Shown here in pieces: positions 6,991 through 12,821 of a stretch of 12,821 nucleotides of DNA. The stretch lies in NCBI GenBank assembly GCA_003144275.1, contig NJBF01000069.1, positions 1 through 12,821 on the forward strand. The letters run 5' to 3'. The translations under genes and the position numbers were made by a program. How positions within the stretch are numbered: the first letter of the stretch is position 1; each line of letters opens with the position of its first letter. The notes below the pieces were generated by a model. The model saw only the letters and a list, made by a program, of their open reading frames with translations. It was not told where the DNA came from and made no database searches. Source of the DNA: Candidatus Heimdallarchaeota archaeon B3_Heim (GTDB lineage: Archaea > Asgardarchaeota > Heimdallarchaeia > Hodarchaeales > Hodarchaeaceae).

Positions 6991-8790
6991 ATGGTGGATC
7001 GGAATCAAGAATTTACTAAAGTATTTACAAAAGATGTTCTTAATTCAACTGCGAATTTTATTGGTGATTTGGTTGATCAATCAAAAAGCAACGTCAATTT
7101 TTACCAAAGGCAATTGGCCAAGCATTTGTTTAAACTGGGAATACGCGTTCCAGATAGCGATCTGATTCATCGTGCAAAGGATATTCTCCCAAATTTGTCC
7201 GTTCTTGATCAAATCAATGTGTATTCCGAGATTGCCAATTATTATTTACTCAATCCATTCTTTCCCGATCAAGATTCAGGTGAAGTCTATCTACAGAAAG
7301 CCCTAGAGGTGTGGAGAAAGTCTCTATCCGAAGGACATCGACCAAAGCAACTTCTGAGTTCCTATGATTATTTTAATCATGATCTAAGGTTATTATCAAC
7401 TGTCATTAAATTTAAAGACAAATCCGCTCTCCAAGAGGTGAAACAAGGATGTCTGGATTTCATTACGACTTGTCCTCGTAATATCCAACCCCTCTTACTC
7501 GTCTCCTTTGCAGAACGGCTTCAAGAGGTTGAGGATAATTCTCAACTTCATGAATATCTCCAGAAAGCGGATAATATCGTCCAAGATTCTTCTCAAACTC
7601 AACATAAAATTATTGAGACCGATTTAGAGAGATCGCATACGAATTATCTTGTTCCCCAAGCCGCTCAGCAGCAAGTAGTGTTAAGTAATTCTCTTTTTGA
7701 CCTCCAACTTGCTCTTGCGCAAGCTACTAAGGATCCTTCCATCCTTAAGTCGTTATTGACTAGCGTCCAGAATATGGAAATGATGCATTTTCCATTTTCC
7801 TCCATCCCATTACTTCTGATTGCAAAAGCTTTCTACACGCTTGGAGATCCCACCTCCGCGCTTTCTCTTTTTCAGGATGTTTTAGGGGATTTACTAGATG
7901 ACACGAATGATATGATGAAATCTCTCCCTCAAGCGGGAATGTTTCTTCCTATTATCGCTTCACGTTTTGCGAAGATTTGCCTAGAATTGAATGAAACCGA
8001 TTTAGCTCGTAAGGTTGTTCCCATTCTCACCAAATCGAAACAAGACAAGCAATTCGCATTTCTTAGTGAGAATAAATCACTTTTAATTGACTTAGGAGCA
8101 TATACTAGTGATGATTTACGTAAAGACATAAATTGTCTTAAAAAACGAATAGAAACTCTTCAGATCAAAGGTGAAAAGAACCTAGATCCCAAAGTATTTA
8201 TTCCCAATCTGTTTGCAGGGATACCTGAGGAGGCGGAGCTTTCAGTAAAACTCGCGGAGCTTCAAACGTGTGCAGAGAATTTGGGAGTGGAAGTCCTAAA
8301 ACAAGCAATTTCATCCATAGAAACTACATTAGTTGAAAAAATCTCACAAGCGAGAGGGTGGAAAGAACCAAGAAAGAATTATCTGGATATGTTTAAAGAA
8401 TCACAACCAAAATCAACTCCTGATATGATACTAGAGGCATTTAAAGTAGGAAATATTGATCAGGGAATTTCTCTCTTGAAAGAATTTGAACAGCTGATTC
8501 ACCAACAAATTGAAACCCAGCAAAATCGGAGAAAGACCCCTCCATCTGTTCCAAATCTTCCCCCAGGAGTATTATATGGTGATGCAGCTATGGGTTGGCT
8601 TTTACTACTATCTTCTCTTGCAAGTGTCTATGTCAAAGTAGATCAATCCAAGAAAGCCTCTCCCATTCTTGAGGAAATTAAAACATATTTAGAGGCGAGT
8701 AAGGATAAACTCGATGCTGTCATTAAAACTGCTCAGCCTGCGTTCCCGATACTGCAGCTTTTCAGATCCTATCATGAGTTAAAACTTACA
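6991..8790 (+). CDS. ~600-aa alpha-helical (TPR/solenoid-like) protein; no own stop, reads in frame into an intI fragment (ORF ends 9312)
   Basis: GAGAGG lies before the ATG. The sequence is Leu/Ala/Glu/Lys-rich with helical patterns (e.g. EVYLQKALEVW, ALSLFQDVL) and a Pro-rich PPSVPNLPPG stretch. The 3' boundary is approximate. Confidence 0.65.
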
Positions 8791-9403
8791 GTGGGTTGTA
8801 GTGACAGTGAGATTTCTGAAATCATCAGACGAATGAAACATCCATACAGGCTCATGACGGAAATAATCTACGGCGGCGGGCTCAGGCTTTCCGAATGTTT
8901 GAATCTCCGCATAAAAGATGTAGATTTTAAGAATAATATTTTGACTATCCGCTCGGGCAAAGGAGATAAGGACAGGCAGACGCTTCTCTCAACAAGAGTC
9001 CTGCCTGCCTTGAAGAAGCAGATACAGGATATCAGAAAATACTATGAAGATGACCGTTTCGAAGATCGTCCCGGTGTTGAACTTCCCAGGGCTCTTGAGA
9101 GAAAATTTCCCAATGCGGGCAAAGAATGGGCATGGTTCTGGGTCTTTCCATCGGCGAGAATCTCCGTGGATCCCAGAAGTGGTATAGCCAGGAGGCATTA
9201 TATGTTTACAAGCTCTTTACAAAAATCCTTCAAAACAGCTCTAAGTGTATCTGGAATAGCAAAAAACGCGAGTATCCATACTCTACGCCTTCTTTGCCAC
9301 ACATCTTGTTGAAAGCGGCTATGATATCCGGACTATCCAGGAGCTCCTTGGGCATTCCAATGTCTCTACTACAATGATCTATTATGACAAGCAAGTTCTT
9401 ATG
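8782..9403 (+). pseudogene. intI: Integron integrase, C-terminal catalytic half; N-truncated, frameshifted, IS-interrupted
   Basis: Motifs YGGGLR and RSGKGDKDR, the IntI-specific insert VELPRALERKFPNAGKEWAWFWVFPS, and HTLR. After a net 2-nt loss near 9289-9295 it continues [29 protein letters not shown] (Tyr at 9380). Confidence 0.92.
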
Positions 9404-9530
9404 TGTCCAGGGTAATTACAATTCCCCATTAATTCCAGTTCAGGGTAATTAAGATTCCCCAGTGGGAAAGGTCCAGGGTAATTACAATTCCCCACCTTTT
9501 TCCATTTAGGGTAATCATATTCCCCACCCC
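9404..9530 (+). repeat. IS21 left end: four subterminal repeats at 33-bp period
   Basis: (C/T)AGGGTAAT...ATTCCCCA begins at 9408, 9441, 9474 and 9507. Confidence 0.9.
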
Positions 9531-9601
9531 ACAGATGTATAGTCAACTACTGGTGATACTCATACTATCCTTCCAGTTAACAAACAAATACTGGAGGAGA
9601 T

Positions 9602-11170
9602 ATGGGGTATCGAAGAATGACAAAAGAAGATGTGTATGAAATCCTACGCAGATGGCATGCCGGTCAAAGCATGTCTCGGATTGCTTCTGTTGAGAGGTGT
9701 GACCGGAAAACAATTCGAAAATATATTCAGAAGTTCAATGCAGCAGGATTGAGAATTGGCCAGAGCCTTCCTGGTAAAGAGAAGATATGGGAGCTTATTG
9801 ATGCCAGTATACTGCCATCAGTAGAACGTGTGCGGCCGGCCTCCAAACAGCTGGAACCATTAATAAAACCTATTCAGGAAATGATTCAGGATTCGAAAGA
9901 GCCTATTAAGCCAAAGAGCGCATTCAAAGTTCTGAAGGCAAAGCACAATATTGATGTGAGCTATGAAACCTTTAAAAACTTTGTCCGAAAGAGGGAGCTG
10001 TCGAAGAAACCTCTCAAGCAGATGATTCGTATTGAACTACCGCCCGGTCTTGAGACCCAAATAGATTACGGTAAAGTCGGCCTGCTTGAGGATCCATCCA
10101 CGGGAAAAAGGAGGGTGATCTGGGCTTTCTGCGGGCTTCTGTCTCACTCACGACTACCATTTATCCAGTTTGTGTATACTCAAAACCAGAGTTCCTTTGC
10201 TGAAAGCTTTATCGACATGTTTGAATATTACGGAGGACTTACTGAGATCCAGTCGATCGACAATCTAAAAGCAGGAGTCATTAAACCTGATCTGTACGAC
10301 CCTAAGCTGAATAGAACTCTTCTTGAGGTAGCGGAATACTATGGCACTTTTATTGATCCCTGCAGGGTAGGCAAAGCCACGGACAAGGCCAAAATAGAGC
10401 GTTTTATACCAACCGTCAGGGAGGTGTTCCGCATCTTGAAAAAGATTCACCCTACAGCAGATATACATACGCTGAATGCTCATGTTCTATCATGGTGCCG
10501 AGAGGAATACGGGACAAGAGAGCACGGCACCACAGGAAGAGAACCCATGGAAGTTTTCGAGGAAGTGGAAAAGCAGACTTTAAAACCTATTCCGGAAGAA
10601 CGTCTTGAAGTGCCTGTATGGGCTCCGGCTCATGTTCACCGCGGTGATCAGATGTTTACTTTTGATAAAAAAAGGTATTCGGTTCCTGCCTTCTACAAGG
10701 GGCAGGATTTATGGGTTCGCTACACTGAGAAGAACAGGCTGCTGCGGGTATTTTCCGATAGGCGGTTGATCCGTGAGTATGTGGTTACAGGGAAAGCCAT
10801 AAACTATTTTGATGAGGATTACCCTGAAGTCAAACGAGAGATGATGAATGGAGGCTATCCCCGGTATCTGTTGAATCAGGCTAAGGACTACGGAGAAGCC
10901 AGCCACAGGCTTGTTGAGTCGATATTGAAGCCTCATGCCTATCTAAACTGCAGGAGAGTCCAGGGGGTGCTGGGAATCATGAAAAAATACAGCAAGAAGC
11001 CATTCTATGAGAAAGTCTGCGGAAAAGCCTTAAAGATAGGGGTCAAGTTACCTCAAACCTTCAAGGCTATGCTGCAGGCAGAGGAGAAACAGCTTCAACT
11101 CGACGTAAAGATCGGTATCTCAGATTTAGGACGACAGATGATCAGGGATGCCTCGTATTACATGAATTAA
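9602..11170 (+). CDS. istA: IS21-family DDE transposase
   Basis: 522 aa with an N-terminal HTH and DDE motifs QIDYG, SIDNLKAGV and KAKIER. SD GGAGGAG. Confidence 0.95.
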   Translation: MGYRRMTKEDVYEILRRWHAGQSMSRIASVERCDRKTIRKYIQKFNAAGLRIGQSLPGKEKIWELIDASILPSVERVRPASKQLEPLIKPIQEMIQDSKEPIKPKSAFKVLKAKHNIDVSYETFKNFVRKRELSKKPLKQMIRIELPPGLETQIDYGKVGLLEDPSTGKRRVIWAFCGLLSHSRLPFIQFVYTQNQSSFAESFIDMFEYYGGLTEIQSIDNLKAGVIKPDLYDPKLNRTLLEVAEYYGTFIDPCRVGKATDKAKIERFIPTVREVFRILKKIHPTADIHTLNAHVLSWCREEYGTREHGTTGREPMEVFEEVEKQTLKPIPEERLEVPVWAPAHVHRGDQMFTFDKKRYSVPAFYKGQDLWVRYTEKNRLLRVFSDRRLIREYVVTGKAINYFDEDYPEVKREMMNGGYPRYLLNQAKDYGEASHRLVESILKPHAYLNCRRVQGVLGIMKKYSKKPFYEKVCGKALKIGVKLPQTFKAMLQAEEKQLQLDVKIGISDLGRQMIRDASYYMN

Positions 11171-11187
11171 AACAAAAGGAGGAATAG

Positions 11188-11937
11188 ATGGAGATCAAAC
11201 AACACCTGGAACAGAACATGAAGAGGCTGAAAATGCCTGGAATGATGTACAATCTGGAGCTGAGACTTCAAGAAGCCCGGGAGAATCAATTAGGGCACCT
11301 TGAGTTTTTATCTCTGCTTTTTCAGGATGAGCTTCTTAACCGGGAAGGCAATAATTTTCAAAAACGTATCAAGGCAGCGGGGTTTGGAGTAATCAAAACC
11401 TTTGAGGGGTTTGATTTTAACTTTAACGAGGAAGCCTTCTCTTCTTCGCTTATTCGTGATCTGGCTACCTGTCATTTTTGGGAGCAGAGACGAAATCTGG
11501 TTCTCTGTGGGCCTAGCGGGATTGGAAAATCCCACATTGCAAAAGCTATCGGACATGAGATATGCAGGAGAGGAGAAAATGTACTATTCAAGAAAACGGG
11601 CAAGCTATTACAGGAATTGATGAAACTACCCCACAGTGGGCGGGCTGAACGATTATTTAGAAAGTGTGTCAAAGCAGGTTTACTGATTCTTGATGATTTT
11701 GCCTTTCGAAAGTTCGACCAAAAAGAATCTGAGCTTCTCTATGGGCTGGCGGATGAACGGCTGGGGAGAGCTTCAACAATTCTTACCTCAAATCGGCCAC
11801 CTCAGGATTGGTATGGTATCTTTCCAGACCCTGTTATCGGTCAGGCTATTTTAGATCGTCTTGTCTCCGGAGCAGTGAAAGTGATTACCACCAAAGGAAA
11901 GTCTTACCGCAAAGAAGGGAAATTTGGAATCGAATGA
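11188..11937 (+). CDS. istB: IS21-family AAA+ helper ATPase
   Basis: 249 aa with Walker A GPSGIGKS, Walker B LLILDD, TSNRPPQDW and AILDRL. SD GGAGG. Confidence 0.95.
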   Translation: MEIKQHLEQNMKRLKMPGMMYNLELRLQEARENQLGHLEFLSLLFQDELLNREGNNFQKRIKAAGFGVIKTFEGFDFNFNEEAFSSSLIRDLATCHFWEQRRNLVLCGPSGIGKSHIAKAIGHEICRRGENVLFKKTGKLLQELMKLPHSGRAERLFRKCVKAGLLILDDFAFRKFDQKESELLYGLADERLGRASTILTSNRPPQDWYGIFPDPVIGQAILDRLVSGAVKVITTKGKSYRKEGKFGIE

Positions 11938-12293
11938 ATGTTAAATTATCTCTAATAACCATGATGGTTAAACCTGTAAGGTCCGGAATAGGATTCATGC
12001 GTCTGAAAGGCTTTTATCGGATTCAAAGACTCTTCTCAGTCTATTCAGGAAAAACGTGTCTCGTGATGGCCCGTGAAGGCATTTTCTCAGATGACCTGGT
12101 ATCGAAGTACCTCCCTGAAAAGAGGATCCTGGCAGCTTGTGAAACTAACAGCCATGGTTTTTTAATAATATGTGAATGCGTTGAGGGTTACCCCCCAATC
12201 GGCTTTCGGCGGATTTCTAACGATCCGCCGAGCCTCATGTGGATAACCCGTGAAAGGGCGAACTTGATTGACAAGAGAGTAAGATGCATTTAG
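11934..12293 (+). CDS. 119-aa passenger ORF inside the IS, unknown function
   Basis: ATG at 11934 overlaps the istB TGA (ATGA). The ORF fills the space up to the right end (MNVKLSLITMMVKPVRSG...KRVRCI). Confidence 0.55.
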   Translation: MNVKLSLITMMVKPVRSGIGFMRLKGFYRIQRLFSVYSGKTCLVMAREGIFSDDLVSKYLPEKRILAACETNSHGFLIICECVEGYPPIGFRRISNDPPSLMWITRERANLIDKRVRCI

Positions 12294-12317
12294 TTTAGAT
12301 GCAGGGTATCACCGGCA

Positions 12318-12370
12318 GGGGTGGGGAATTGTAATTACCCTGGGGGTGGGGAATATGATTACCCTGGACA
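12318..12370 (-). repeat. IS21 right end: two subterminal repeats, 24-bp period
   Basis: GGGGTGGGGAATTGTAATTACCCTG followed by GGGGTGGGGAATATGATTACCCTGGACA, reverse complements of the left-end repeats. Confidence 0.9.
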
Positions 12371-12398
12371 ACTTACCGGGAAAAAATCAGGAGTTTAG
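12371..12398 (+). pseudogene. intI: Probable separated 3' tail of intI
   Basis: Removing the IS plus 7 bp gives VL(M/T)GKKSGV*, in register with the IntI C-terminal VLNRGGRGV-type motif. Confidence 0.45.
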
Positions 12399-12413
12399 CT
12401 CGCATGGTACTGC

Positions 12414-12509
12414 AGGCAACAGCTTATACCCGGTTTTACTCTCTTCGGTCGTTTCACCCAAATTGGCTCCCGTTGGTCGCCAACTTCTTTTACCCGCGCC
12501 CCGTTATAT
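12414..12509 (+). other. attC-like (or attI-region) integron recombination site, degenerate
   Basis: AGGCAAC...GTTATAT spans 96 bp and contains an internal hairpin AAATTGGC/GCCAACTT. It lies 27 bp before a gene with its own RBS. The L-box arms pair poorly. Confidence 0.5.
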
Positions 12510-12536
12510 GCAATGTTGCACAAAAAAGGAATAGTT

Positions 12537-12821
12537 ATGAAACAATGGTATGAAACTCTATTTGAAAACTATGGTATGAAGTATGACAAAGAATGTTTTG
12601 TACAGGGAACTATCGGAGAGTGCGACTTTATTGAAAATGAAATTGACTTTAATAAAAATATCAAAATTTTAGATATCGGATGCGGTACGGGCCGCCATTC
12701 AATAGAATTAGCAAAGCGTGGATATTCGGTAACAGGAGCTGATTTGTCCAAGTCGATGTTAAAACACGCAAAAGAGAAGGCAATGGAACAAAAAGTAAAT
12801 GTTGATTTTAAAAAAGCAGAT
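12537..12821 (+). CDS. Class I SAM-dependent methyltransferase (5' part; runs off the window), probable integron cassette
   Basis: Reads MKQWYETLFENYGMKYDKECF...ILDIGCGTGRHSIELAKRGYSVTGADLSKSML, with motif I DxGxGxG. RBS AAAGGA upstream. Confidence 0.9.
   Translation, partial: MKQWYETLFENYGMKYDKECFVQGTIGECDFIENEIDFNKNIKILDIGCGTGRHSIELAKRGYSVTGADLSKSMLKHAKEKAMEQKVNVDFKKAD

Larger units (their letters stand above)
9404..12370 (+). mobile_element. IS21-family insertion sequence, 2967 bp
   Basis: Ends read TGTCCAGGGTAAT...ATTACCCTGGACA (TG...CA), with multiple subterminal repeats and an istA-istB pair. Confidence 0.95.

Noticed and set aside
9286-9298. Programmed +1 frameshift at CTT-T restoring IntI
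   Set aside because: The product would be one residue short and lack the conserved H-S. The gene has other independent lesions, so decay or sequence error is simpler.
8782-9403. SSV1/pNOB8-type split integrase int(C) fragment
   Set aside because: The protein carries the IntI-specific insertion, and no int(N) fragment, att repeat or tRNA is visible.
9404-9530. CRISPR-like regularly spaced direct repeats
   Set aside because: The spacers are only about 12 bp, inverted copies occur at 12318-12370, and the repeats flank istAB. They are IS21 subterminal repeats.
666-11672. Short overlapping or antisense ORFs in the track (666, 1376, 3171, 5255, 5760, 7929, 8989, 9126, 10265, 10709, 11308, 11402, 11472)
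   Set aside because: They are shadows of longer well-supported genes and have no motifs of their own.
12346-12751. ORFs 12346-12534 (+) and 12569-12751 (-)
   Set aside because: The first spans the IS end and the att-like site. The second is antisense to the methyltransferase.

Overview
The window looks like two different kinds of DNA joined near 8.8 kb. The left part (1 to ~8790) is AT-rich and archaeal in style, with BRE/TATA-like promoters and GGTGA/GGAGGT Shine-Dalgarno sites; an Asgard (Heimdall/Hod-like) host is my inference. It holds a cluster of secreted or membrane-anchored protein genes, a polytopic membrane protein, a large parallel beta-helix surface protein, a NudB-like Nudix hydrolase and a ~600-aa alpha-helical protein. 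Three diverged copies of an unannotated element (123-257, 982-1231, 2375-2623) alternate with the first surface-protein genes. They share a sharp left end and carry a clear protein-coding signature, and each copy is broken by a different lesion. The right part (~8790-12821) resembles a bacterial integron with the array downstream of intI, as in spirochaetes. It has a decayed intI C-terminal half fused in frame to the helical ORF, an intact IS21-family element (9404-12370; istA, istB and a coupled third ORF) in the intI tail, an attC-like site and a SAM-dependent methyltransferase cassette. The best leads are the three-copy element and the helical-protein/IntI fusion at an apparent cross-domain junction. 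A chimeric assembly at that junction cannot be excluded from sequence alone.
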